Below are positions 1 through 8,606 of a stretch of 46,581 nt of DNA, piece by piece (the first letter of the stretch is position 1; every line of letters starts with the position of its first letter). Made by a program: the position numbers and the translations under genes. Origin of the DNA: Deltaproteobacteria bacterium (GTDB lineage: Bacteria; Myxococcota_A; UBA796); NCBI GenBank assembly GCA_002683315.1, contig NYTD01000284.1:1-46581 (forward strand), written 5' to 3'. Under the pieces are notes generated by a model that made no database searches, had not been told where the DNA came from, and saw only the letters and a program-made list of their open reading frames with translations.

Positions 1-419
1 AAAAATATGGAACATCCATCAAAAATATCAAAAAATGGAACAATCTAAAAAAAGACACCATCTATGTCGGACAAAAACTAAAAGTTACTGCCACATCAAA
101 ATCCTCATCTTCCAAAACGTCTTCGCGTCCCAAAACATACACCATCAAAAAAGGGGACAACCTACAAAAAATAGCCACCCGATACCGAGTGAAAGTTTCT
201 GATCTGTTGCGCTGGAACAATCTAAAAAATGCCAACAAAATTTATGTTGGACAAAAATTAAAGCTATCTGGGACTGCTCCTGCAAAAACAGTGATCTATA
301 AAGTGCGTAAGGGAGACAACCTACAGAAAATAGCCAAAAAATATGGAACATCCATCAAAAATATCAAAAAATGGAACAATCTAAAAAAAGACACCATCTA
401 TGTCGGACAAAAACTAAAA
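1..419 (+). repeat. Perfect 83-bp direct repeat pair (1-83 and 337-419) inside the LysM gene
   Basis: Base-by-base comparison shows 1-83 identical to 337-419, with the first mismatch at 84 vs 420. The left copy is cut by the window edge, so the repeat may be longer. A more diverged middle LysM copy lies at about 133-270. Confidence 0.9.
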
Positions 420-431
420 ATCAAAAAGTAA
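1..431 (+). CDS. LysM-repeat peptidoglycan-binding protein, 5'-truncated by the window edge
   Basis: The frame is open from base 3 to TAA at 429-431; track ORF 189..431 is only its internal part. Translation gives three LysM-like modules (e.g. YTIKKGDNLQKIATRYRVKVSDLLRWNNLKNANKIYVGQKLKL and YKVRKGDNLQKIAKKYGTSIKNIKKWNNLKKDTIYVGQKLKI) joined by S/T/P/K-rich linkers. Confidence 0.85.
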   Translation, partial: KYGTSIKNIKKWNNLKKDTIYVGQKLKVTATSKSSSSKTSSRPKTYTIKKGDNLQKIATRYRVKVSDLLRWNNLKNANKIYVGQKLKLSGTAPAKTVIYKVRKGDNLQKIAKKYGTSIKNIKKWNNLKKDTIYVGQKLKIKK

Positions 432-434
432 GCG

Positions 435-1631
435 ATGCTCTCTTATGAAGAAGCGCTAAATAAAGCGCTCAAATACACTCTAAAACAAACGATTTCTACA
501 CGTTCACCTACACAAAGTTTGGGGCGATTTCTTGCAAGAAATATATATACAGAGCACCCTCTTCCATATTGGAATAATAGTGCTATGGATGGATATGCGA
601 TCCGACATGACGATCTAAAACAACATGCAAAACTTTCTATCATTGATGAGATCCCAGCTGGACACCAACCCCAAAAAGAGATCACGAAAGGTACATGTGC
701 TCGAATCTTTACAGGTGCCCCCATGCCCAATGGAGCAGATACCGTTGTGATTCAAGAGAATGTTGATCGACATCAAAATAATATTACCATTCATACCTCC
801 CCTCTCAAAGGTGCCAATGTCCGAAAGAAAGGAGAAGAATTCTCTGTTGGAGATTGCATAGCCACAACAGGAACTCCTGTTCGTGTAGGACTTATCGGAT
901 TGTTTCATGCATTGGGTGTTACATCCATACCGATATATGAGTCTCCTCGAATTGCCATCATCTCTACAGGGGATGAACTCGTGGACCGATCTCAACAACA
1001 GAATCTCCATCTGGGTCAAATATGGTCTTCAAACAATCACACACTAATCTCTGCGATAACGAGTGCTGGAGGTATACCCATTGATTGTGGTATCGCACGA
1101 GATAATCTTACGGATACCATTCAATCTTTTCAATACGCTTTGTCTCAAAATCCAGACCTCATTCTATCGACAGGAGGTGTGAGTGTCGGTGATCACGATC
1201 GCGTGCAAGAAGCACTCCTTAAGGTCGGTGGTTCACTTGATTTTTGGAAAGTCCGACTCAAGCCAGGTAAGCCTCTTGTTCTTGGAAATATCCAGCAAAC
1301 ACCGTTTTTTGGTCTACCTGGCAATCCTGTTTCCGCATTGGTTTCTTTTTGGCTATTTGTGTACCCAATAATCCGAAAAGCCATTGGAGCAAAAGAGATC
1401 TTTTTACAGTCTAAAACGGTAACCCTAAGTGAAGATATCTATAAGCGTCATTCTCGAGCAGAGTTCGTGCGGGTCAAACTAAGTCCTGATGGTCGATATG
1501 CTCAAAAAACAGGTAATCAAAGCTCTGCATGGCTATCAAGTGTCGCACAAGCTGATGCCCTTGTACATATTCCGGCCAATGAACGTGGATTTTCCAAGGG
1601 CTCCTCTGTTGCGGTACTGCTTCTTCCATGA
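435..1631 (+). CDS. moeA: Molybdopterin molybdenumtransferase MoeA
   Basis: 398 aa with MoeA hallmarks: NSAMDGYA, TGAPMPNGADTVVIQE, STGDEL, STGGVSVGDHD, KPGKPLV, GLPGNPVS. The stop overlaps the mobA start (ATGA). Confidence 0.92.
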   Translation: MLSYEEALNKALKYTLKQTISTRSPTQSLGRFLARNIYTEHPLPYWNNSAMDGYAIRHDDLKQHAKLSIIDEIPAGHQPQKEITKGTCARIFTGAPMPNGADTVVIQENVDRHQNNITIHTSPLKGANVRKKGEEFSVGDCIATTGTPVRVGLIGLFHALGVTSIPIYESPRIAIISTGDELVDRSQQQNLHLGQIWSSNNHTLISAITSAGGIPIDCGIARDNLTDTIQSFQYALSQNPDLILSTGGVSVGDHDRVQEALLKVGGSLDFWKVRLKPGKPLVLGNIQQTPFFGLPGNPVSALVSFWLFVYPIIRKAIGAKEIFLQSKTVTLSEDIYKRHSRAEFVRVKLSPDGRYAQKTGNQSSAWLSSVAQADALVHIPANERGFSKGSSVAVLLLP

Positions 1632-2134
1632 ATGGATATATTCTCATCGGTGGACGAAGCCTACGAATGGGTTCAGACAAAGCACAGTTGAGGATCGATG
1701 GAAAAAATCTATGCCATATTATCATGGAAAAACTCAAGCTATCCGGATGTGAAGAGGTTTTCTTGGTTGGGAAACACAGTATTCCTATTTCGATACCACA
1801 AATCATCGAGTCTTGGCCAGATCATCATCCACTGTACGGGGTACACACGGCACTTAACCACTGTTCTGGTGAACTCTGCATCATTACACCTTGCGATATA
1901 CCTTTTGTTTCCATCGCAACCTATCGAAGATTGATTTCTAAATCAATCACTACTGTACTTGCTACAGCTTCGACAAAGCAACCTCTGCTTGGTATTTTTT
2001 CTACATCAAAAAGAGAAGAGGCTCTCTCCTATGCACAACAACATCGAAGTGTTATGAGTTTTGTAGAAAACGAAGCATATATCGTTATTCCGAGCGACGA
2101 GTTGCACAATATAAACCACCCAGATGATCTATGA
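1628..2134 (+). CDS. mobA: Molybdenum cofactor guanylyltransferase MobA (short form)
   Basis: 168 aa. N-terminal GYILIGGRSLRMGSDKAQL matches the GGxSxRMGxDKA motif; PCDIPF motif present; ATGA overlap with moeA. Confidence 0.85.
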   Translation: MNGYILIGGRSLRMGSDKAQLRIDGKNLCHIIMEKLKLSGCEEVFLVGKHSIPISIPQIIESWPDHHPLYGVHTALNHCSGELCIITPCDIPFVSIATYRRLISKSITTVLATASTKQPLLGIFSTSKREEALSYAQQHRSVMSFVENEAYIVIPSDELHNINHPDDL

Positions 2135-2141
2135 GGCTTTC

Positions 2142-3131
2142 ATGACCACCGTTAATATTATCCACCATACCACAGTTAATCTGGATCAAATACAAACGAT
2201 CCTCGCACAAGGAAAGATCACAATCAATCAGATATCACAAGGGAACCCTCTAGAGATAACTGACGGGGATCATCCATGTATTCATCTTCTTTCCGATTCA
2301 AGAGGACTGTCCATTCAAGAGGAGAACAGCCTTACACAACAGCTTACCCATCGATTTATCGGCGCTGAGACAGCCATTACAGCACAATCAATATTTTCAA
2401 GTATTCTCATCGGAATGAGCAACCAAACCCTACATATCTTTATCCCCAATCAAAAAACAATCCTCGGAAATCTATCTTTTGTCTTGTCTCAATTCCATCC
2501 CATTCAATCTGAAGAATCTACACATGACATCTCACAAGCACAGGTCAAAGAGGAACCTCAAGAATCCGGTATTCATGTATCACAAACCCATATATCTCCA
2601 CCAGTCCCTACTTCTTCCCCTCGCGGATGGCAAGAAGTTATCAAGAGTCTCGGTGGCACACTTGATACAGATTCATGGACAGGAATTACTCCAGAATTAA
2701 AAAAACCTGCACCTGTACGAAATATTTTAGAGCAAGCCGGCAAACGGGCGATTGTTCGATTTGAAAATAAAAAAGAATACACAGTATATGGCTATCCCAA
2801 TCTATCTCAATCCAATGCAAAAGTTCTTTTGATTGGAGCCGATGGAGGCAATATCGAAATAATAGCACTTCACCGAAGCCCACAAAAAGTAGGCATTGTA
2901 TCAACACATGGATGCGGGTGGCTGCCTCAAAAGTCTCTAACAGAACTCAGTAAAGAAATTACAAACAGACCTCCTCCAAAAACAGATGCAACAGTGTTTG
3001 CCATAGACAGCCGATCGTTGTATTATGAGAGCGCGGGAACCATCTTCCACTGGGATGGAAAAAAAGAGAGGAATTTTGGAAACCCAAATCAAGCTCTTTC
3101 ATCACTCTTATTACAATGGTCTCAGCAATAA
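2142..3131 (+). CDS. Hypothetical two-domain protein embedded in the Moco operon
   Basis: Long ORF with no motif I recognise and a P/S/Q-rich linker in the middle (SQTHISPPVPTSSPRGW). ATG 2142 is preferred over ATG 2124 because GAGG lies 6 nt upstream and it avoids overlapping the mobA stop. Confidence 0.6.
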   Translation: MTTVNIIHHTTVNLDQIQTILAQGKITINQISQGNPLEITDGDHPCIHLLSDSRGLSIQEENSLTQQLTHRFIGAETAITAQSIFSSILIGMSNQTLHIFIPNQKTILGNLSFVLSQFHPIQSEESTHDISQAQVKEEPQESGIHVSQTHISPPVPTSSPRGWQEVIKSLGGTLDTDSWTGITPELKKPAPVRNILEQAGKRAIVRFENKKEYTVYGYPNLSQSNAKVLLIGADGGNIEIIALHRSPQKVGIVSTHGCGWLPQKSLTELSKEITNRPPPKTDATVFAIDSRSLYYESAGTIFHWDGKKERNFGNPNQALSSLLLQWSQQ

Positions 3132-3150
3132 CCCGTTCCCAATAAATCCT

Positions 3151-4242
3151 ATGTCTAAAAATGAAGCCATGGCCATCATTGAACCTGCTGCAAGCCGTGT
3201 ACGAGATCCAAAATCAGGCAGAAGCATTTGGATGGCAAAAATTATTCAAAAGTCCTCTATTGTTGAGGAGCAACTATCAGTGACCCTTGCTTTGGCCGAA
3301 CACACCGAAGAAGAACAACAACGTATTGTAGAAGCCTTTCGGATGCAATTGGGCAACATAGGATGGACTGGCTCAGTTGATATCTCTATAGAAAAGTCGA
3401 ACAATATAAAGACTCCACCTCCTCCTAAAGATCCGGTTCGTGGTATGAGTGGACCAGGAATGGGTGCACATGGAGGACCTATTAAAAAGCTCCCTATCCC
3501 AGGGATTAAACATATTGTTGCTGTAGCAAGTGGAAAAGGTGGTGTAGGAAAATCTACCATTGCGACCAATCTTGCAATCGCTCTACAACGTCAAGGACGA
3601 ACCATCGGACTCATGGATGCAGACGTATATGGACCAAGCTTACCCACCATGATGCGCGTCACAGGTAAACCCATTGCCAATGAACAAAACCAAATCATCC
3701 CGAAAGAAGCATACAACATCAAGTGTATGTCTATGGGATTTATGGTGGAAGATGAAGAACCTATCATTTGGCGTGGCCCAATGGTCATGGGTGTAATCAA
3801 ACAGTTTTTTCAAAATGTTGCATGGGGAGAACTTGATATCTTAATTGTCGATCTTCCTCCGGGCACGGGGGATGCACAACTAACCATGATCCAAGCTGTT
3901 CCCATCAGTGGCGCAGTAATTGTTACCACTCCACAAAAAATTGCTGTTATTGATGCCGTGCGAGGAGTTGAAATGTTCCGAAAACTTGATGTGCCTCTAC
4001 TTGGAATTGTAGAAAACATGTCCCACATCGATGTGGGGGGTATACGAGCATATCCATTTGGAAAAGGCGGAGGAGAGAATACAGCAGCACAATATGCTAC
4101 ACCACTACTTGCCCAAGTTCCTATCGATGAAGGCATTCGGCTCGGGGGAGATATGGGGCTTCCATCCGCTCTATCTTCCGATCCCATCGCCAATCCATTT
4201 TTAGATATTGCACGTCAAATCGATGAGATGCTCTTCTCATGA
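3151..4242 (+). CDS. apbC: Mrp/ApbC/NBP35-family Fe-S cluster carrier ATPase (DUF59-like N-domain + ParA-type P-loop)
   Basis: Deviant Walker A ASGKGGVGKSTIATNLA; DADVYGPS; LPPGTGD; CxxC-free Mrp-like C-terminus. The N-terminal segment resembles DUF59 (RVRDPKSGRSIWMAKII..LSVTLAL). ATG 3151 is chosen because it follows the upstream gene's stop at 3131; the track start 3025 would overlap that gene by 107 nt. Confidence 0.88.
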   Translation: MSKNEAMAIIEPAASRVRDPKSGRSIWMAKIIQKSSIVEEQLSVTLALAEHTEEEQQRIVEAFRMQLGNIGWTGSVDISIEKSNNIKTPPPPKDPVRGMSGPGMGAHGGPIKKLPIPGIKHIVAVASGKGGVGKSTIATNLAIALQRQGRTIGLMDADVYGPSLPTMMRVTGKPIANEQNQIIPKEAYNIKCMSMGFMVEDEEPIIWRGPMVMGVIKQFFQNVAWGELDILIVDLPPGTGDAQLTMIQAVPISGAVIVTTPQKIAVIDAVRGVEMFRKLDVPLLGIVENMSHIDVGGIRAYPFGKGGGENTAAQYATPLLAQVPIDEGIRLGGDMGLPSALSSDPIANPFLDIARQIDEMLFS

Positions 4243-5210
4243 ATCTTCTCGACTCTTTTGGTCGCAAGCATACTTATCTTCGCATCAGCGTCACAGATCG
4301 ATGTAATTTTCGATGTGTATACTGCCTTCCTGAACATGGAGTCAAATGGACTTCGAAGTCCGATATCCTAAGCTATGAAGAAATCGCTCATATCGTCCAT
4401 GTTTTCGCCCAACTCGGAATTCAAAAACTCCGACTAACAGGAGGAGAGCCCACAATGCGGGCTGATATATGTACACTTGTTGCAAGTCTTTGTCAGATCC
4501 AAGGAGTTCGAGAAGTCAATATGACAACCAATGGCTATACACTTCCCAAAATGGCGCAACCACTGTATGACGCTGGCTTGCGAAAACTGAATATATCTCT
4601 TGATACGCTGGATAAAGAGCTCTTTCATAAGATGAGCAGAGGATTTTCAATCGGTCCTGTCCTAGATGGAATAGAAAAAGCTCTTTCTCTTGGATTTGTA
4701 CTAAAAATTAATGCCGTAATGCTGAAAGGAATAAATGAACAATCCATTCTCCCACTTCTTGACTTCTGTGCTTTGCGAAATATTGAGCTCCGATTTATTG
4801 AGTATATGCCCTTTGATGTGCGATGGCATCAATGTGTTACCAGTACAGAAATTCAGACATACATCTCAAAAAGATATACGCTCTCTCCACTATCTTCTGA
4901 TTCTTTAAGTGGTCCCTCCCAAACCTACTGGGTCTCAGAAAAAAAGATGAAGGTTGGGTTTATTTCGCCCTTGTCGAATCGATTTTGTTCTTCGTGTAAT
5001 CGTCTTCGACTTAGCTGTAAAGGAGAACTTCGAACCTGCCTTGCACATGAAGAAGCACCTTCACTAGGGGCTCTTTTGCGGAATAATGCAACAGATAGAG
5101 AAATTAAATATCAAATTCAAAAACAAGTTCTCGGAAAAAAAGAAGGGCATTTTTGTGAAGTAGAATCTGGAACCCCTTTTCAGGGTGTTATGACTCAAAT
5201 CGGAGGCTAA
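4239..5210 (+). CDS. moaA: GTP 3',8-cyclase MoaA (radical SAM)
   Basis: CNFRCVYC radical-SAM cluster motif near the N-terminus, second C-terminal Cys cluster (CSSCNRLRLSCKGELRTC), terminal GG, ATGA overlap with apbC. Confidence 0.93.
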   Translation: MNLLDSFGRKHTYLRISVTDRCNFRCVYCLPEHGVKWTSKSDILSYEEIAHIVHVFAQLGIQKLRLTGGEPTMRADICTLVASLCQIQGVREVNMTTNGYTLPKMAQPLYDAGLRKLNISLDTLDKELFHKMSRGFSIGPVLDGIEKALSLGFVLKINAVMLKGINEQSILPLLDFCALRNIELRFIEYMPFDVRWHQCVTSTEIQTYISKRYTLSPLSSDSLSGPSQTYWVSEKKMKVGFISPLSNRFCSSCNRLRLSCKGELRTCLAHEEAPSLGALLRNNATDREIKYQIQKQVLGKKEGHFCEVESGTPFQGVMTQIGG

Positions 5211-5212
5211 CA

Positions 5213-6709
5213 ATGCCCGCTCTTTCCATCATCTTCAGTAGTATCCTTTTTGGAGTTCTTACCATTCAATCTTGGAATGGTACCCTTGGGTTTAGCAGTA
5301 TTTTTCTGCTTCCACTCGCCATCCTTTTCTTTGTGTATGGAAAAAAAAGACTACATCCTCATCAAGCTTTACTCGCAAAAAGGCTAACATTTTTTGCAAA
5401 ACTACTCATGACCATCGTTGGTGTTATGGCCTTACTGCGACATCCCATCGATACAGACGTACATACAGTACAAGAGGGTAATGCAGAAATTTATCTCCAT
5501 GCAAAAGCATCAAAAGATATCACTGTCACACTCTACAATCAAACAGACACTTCCACTCCCATTGCCATGGCAATCAAAAAAGGGAACACTACGACTATCA
5601 TCACACCCAAAACAAAAGATAACAAACCACTCGTAGATGGAATATATCGCGTTTCAATTGTTGGAGATGATGTTCGACCTGTCTCTCGACTTCCCATATA
5701 TCAAGCCATTTCACAATACATAGACCAAGTAGATCGCAAGACATTTATCCTCTTTGCTTTATGTGCAATGCTTATCAAATTTTTTGGTGTCATGAGTAGT
5801 GCATATGCGTGGCATTTATTATTACGTGGTCAAGGCATTATACAGCCATATTTTCAGGCGACACTGACAGCATTTTTAATTGGACGTTTTATTGGAACAT
5901 TCCTTCCAAGTACCATTGGATTAGATGGATATACATTCTATGAAGCCGCTCGATACTCAAATGAAAAAACACGTGTTGCCGTTGCCAAAGTACTGGAAAA
6001 ATTTGTAGGGATCACCGGCCTATTTTTGGGAATGGTTGTCACTCTCCCATTTGGCTACCAAGTGATTGTAGATGTTGCTGAAAAAATAGGACGTCCAGAT
6101 TCCGCAAGTGCACTTGCTGGCGGTATCGCTGTTATTGCTGGAGGAATATCTAGTGTCGTCATCATTGGACTGATCAAACCAGGATTACTACGTCTCTTCA
6201 CACAAAAGACAGCTCATCTCCTACCACAGAAGATATCCTCCATCATCACTTCCTTTTCAGATGCTGTTTTTGCATATGAAGGAAAACTCTCACTTATTCT
6301 TCAAATCCTTTTTGCAAAATTCCTTACACATTTTACAACTGCTGTTGTTTACTTTTTTACCGCTCTTGCTATTGGAGCGATCGCTGTTGGCATGAACGAT
6401 TTTTGGCCTATTGTCTTTGGTTCCAACATTCAAATATTAGCCACCATACTCTCTCCAACCATCGCTGGAGAAGGAGCAAGAGAAGCCTTTCAAGCCCTTC
6501 TACTGGAAAAAAGATTAGGAGGAATTCCACAAGCCGTTTTATCAGGTGCATTAGGTTTTGTAGCCGCAGAAGCAGCCACCATGTGGGGCGGAGCTTTCTG
6601 GTGGACAAGAAAGGATACATGGAGACCAAGTTTTATGGTGGTAGATGGGACACAAGTCGATTATTCTTGGTTAGAGAACACCACTGATGTCTCCGGAGAA
6701 ACATCATGA
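5213..6709 (+). CDS. Polytopic membrane protein with flippase-like (LPG-synthase TM / UPF0104-type) domain and an inserted beta-rich extracytoplasmic domain
   Basis: 498 aa with GGAGG 6 nt upstream of the ATG. Three N-terminal TM helices, then a roughly 100-aa hydrophilic beta-like segment (DITVTLYNQTDTSTPIAMAIKKGNTTTIITPK..DGIYRVSIVGDD), then multiple TM helices with FIGRFIGTFLPSTIGLDGYTFYEAARY, reminiscent of the MprF-type TM domain. Confidence 0.6.
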   Translation: MPALSIIFSSILFGVLTIQSWNGTLGFSSIFLLPLAILFFVYGKKRLHPHQALLAKRLTFFAKLLMTIVGVMALLRHPIDTDVHTVQEGNAEIYLHAKASKDITVTLYNQTDTSTPIAMAIKKGNTTTIITPKTKDNKPLVDGIYRVSIVGDDVRPVSRLPIYQAISQYIDQVDRKTFILFALCAMLIKFFGVMSSAYAWHLLLRGQGIIQPYFQATLTAFLIGRFIGTFLPSTIGLDGYTFYEAARYSNEKTRVAVAKVLEKFVGITGLFLGMVVTLPFGYQVIVDVAEKIGRPDSASALAGGIAVIAGGISSVVIIGLIKPGLLRLFTQKTAHLLPQKISSIITSFSDAVFAYEGKLSLILQILFAKFLTHFTTAVVYFFTALAIGAIAVGMNDFWPIVFGSNIQILATILSPTIAGEGAREAFQALLLEKRLGGIPQAVLSGALGFVAAEAATMWGGAFWWTRKDTWRPSFMVVDGTQVDYSWLENTTDVSGETS

Positions 6710-7545
6710 TCACTTTTCTTTTATCACTCACCTATGCTGATACGCTTGATGATATCCGACTCACATCAATGTCGGATTGGGATGGCCGTCCATATACGAG
6801 CTCTTCTTCCCAATTTACAGCCTATGAACAAGTTGTAAAACAACTAGGAGCGGCAATAACAACCCCGATTATACCTGCCAATACACTTGGAGTTTGGGGT
6901 TTTGAATTTGGAATACATCAAAGTTTTTCATTTATTGACACACAGAAAAGCTTAGATAACCGTCCTTCTGCATGGGCTTTATTGACACCAGATGAAGATC
7001 TTTTCCCAATTTTGGTTCACCCCAAAGTCATTGCAAGAAAGGGGCTTCCACTATCTGCTGAATTAGAGATCTCCATGGGATATATCTTTCTTTCTCGGCA
7101 AGGAACATTTGGAGGAGCTCTACGTGTAGCTCCTATCGAAGGATATCATATTGCTCCAGACGTAGCCTTTCAAATCGGATATCAAACCTATATTTCCAAT
7201 CCAGAACTTTCACTGGGTACATTCGACACTTCTATGGTAGTCAGCAAAAGGTTTGGACTCAGCTACCTCACACGTCTAACGACAGCACATGCCGTTCCTT
7301 TCTTTTCCATAGGAACAGCAACCATAAATACTGCTCCCAAAATATCAAAAGAACAGCAAGAAAATCTCAATGTTATGCCTTTATCTGGATTCTCTGGCAG
7401 CCCATATTTCAGCGAAGGACTTAGCAATCTCTTTATAAACTCGGGCTTGCGACTAGAAAATCAAGAATATTCTTTTCAGATTGACTATCGATATACATTC
7501 AACACATTGAGTACATTTTCTATGGCTATGGTCTGGCACTACTAG
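6706..7545 (+). CDS. Putative outer-membrane beta-barrel protein
   Basis: ATGA overlap with the upstream membrane protein; short signal-like N-terminus (MITFLLSLTYA/DT); alternating hydrophobic beta-strand pattern; C-terminal aromatic residue (..MVWHY) typical of BAM substrates. Confidence 0.5.
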   Translation: MITFLLSLTYADTLDDIRLTSMSDWDGRPYTSSSSQFTAYEQVVKQLGAAITTPIIPANTLGVWGFEFGIHQSFSFIDTQKSLDNRPSAWALLTPDEDLFPILVHPKVIARKGLPLSAELEISMGYIFLSRQGTFGGALRVAPIEGYHIAPDVAFQIGYQTYISNPELSLGTFDTSMVVSKRFGLSYLTRLTTAHAVPFFSIGTATINTAPKISKEQQENLNVMPLSGFSGSPYFSEGLSNLFINSGLRLENQEYSFQIDYRYTFNTLSTFSMAMVWHY

Positions 7546-8606
7546 TACATACGACGACGGTATACAGCTGCAAGAATCTCAGCAACAGCACCATAAAACT
7601 CCGGCGGAATCATCTGTCCAACCGTGCTTTTAAAGTATAGAGCTCGAGCCAAAGGAGGATTTTCCACAACCATAATCTTATTTTGCTGTGCAATCTCCCG
7701 TATGCGAAATGCCATAAAATCAAGACCTTTTGCCAAAACGATCGGTGCTTCTGCTTCATCTCTTCTATATCGAATTGCAACAGCAAAATGAGTTGGATTT
7801 GTAAGGATTAAATCTGCTTCAGGTACTTTTTTTAGATTTCCCATCGCAATATCATACTGACGCTGTCTTCTCTTACTTTTAAATAAAGGATCGCCTTCTG
7901 TTTGTTTCATTTCATCTTTTACTTCTTGATGAGTCATCATCATCTGCTGCTGGGTTTGGTACCACTGATATGAATAATCGATCAAAAAGACCAAAATTCC
8001 GACGATCATCGCACGAATGAAAATAGTCGTAGCCAACTCTGTCACTTTCATGATCTGCTCTTCTGGAGAAGCATGAATTAACGAAGGAAGCATCGCAACT
8101 TCTTCTCCTATTCCCATCCAAACCAACCAACCCAATAAAACCAGCTTGAGAATTCCTTTTAAAAGCTCAACCAAAGGCTGCGCTGAAAAAAACTTTTTCT
8201 TAATCCCATCAATAGGATTCAATGTCTCCCATTGAAACTTAATCGGTTCCTTTGGAATAATAAACCTTGATTGAATCAACCCTGCGACCACCAAAAACAT
8301 CCATATAGAACACAACATCGGTAAAACAATCGCTGCAATTGTGTATAAAGCATTCAACAGCAATCCCCATGCATCTGTTATCGTAAATGCATTTTGATCC
8401 AGAGTTCCATATAAACGCTGCGTAAATCGAACAACCTGATTCCCAATAAAAGACTGGAAAGCCAATAGATATCCAATACCGATGGCAAGTGTTACAACAC
8501 CATACAAATCTTGGGATTTGGGTACATTTCCCTTCTCGCGAAACTCCTGTTGGCGCTTCGCGGTGGGTTCATGGGTTTTTTCACCACCTTCATCATCTGC
8601 CATCAA
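7542..8606 (-). CDS. flhB: Flagellar export apparatus switch protein FlhB
   Basis: N-terminal EKTHEPTAKRQQEFREKGNVPKSQDL, four TM segments, NPTHFAVAI autocleavage motif. Confidence 0.95.
   Translation of the reverse strand: MMADDEGGEKTHEPTAKRQQEFREKGNVPKSQDLYGVVTLAIGIGYLLAFQSFIGNQVVRFTQRLYGTLDQNAFTITDAWGLLLNALYTIAAIVLPMLCSIWMFLVVAGLIQSRFIIPKEPIKFQWETLNPIDGIKKKFFSAQPLVELLKGILKLVLLGWLVWMGIGEEVAMLPSLIHASPEEQIMKVTELATTIFIRAMIVGILVFLIDYSYQWYQTQQQMMMTHQEVKDEMKQTEGDPLFKSKRRQRQYDIAMGNLKKVPEADLILTNPTHFAVAIRYRRDEAEAPIVLAKGLDFMAFRIREIAQQNKIMVVENPPLARALYFKSTVGQMIPPEFYGAVAEILAAVYRRRMY

Noticed and set aside
1-431. Regularly spaced repeats at the window start as a possible CRISPR or tandem non-coding array.
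   Set aside because: The repeats are in-frame LysM coding modules within one open reading frame. They are not spacer-separated short repeats.
443-1384. Antisense/alternate-frame ORFs inside moeA (443..730-, 615..1019-, 1183..1371+, 1193..1384-). The same pattern recurs throughout the window (e.g. 3246..3569-, 3810..4193-, 12688..12987+, 15401..15682-, 18072..18431+, 22976..23242+, 40632..41021-, 43817..44311+).
   Set aside because: Each lies wholly within a longer ORF on the other strand or frame that has clear family motifs. They have no SD, odd composition and no recognisable motifs, so they are shadow ORFs.
3025-3150. Longer N-terminal extensions offered by the ORF track. These are apbC from 3025, fliL from 12905, FlbB-like from 18620, fliI from 20495 (TTG), the small membrane protein from 31544, rSAM1 from 32544, rSAM2 from 38556 and the ATPase from 45328.
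   Set aside because: In every case an internal ATG or GTG has a good SD at proper spacing and removes an overlap with the upstream gene. The extended start lacks an SD and adds non-conserved residues.
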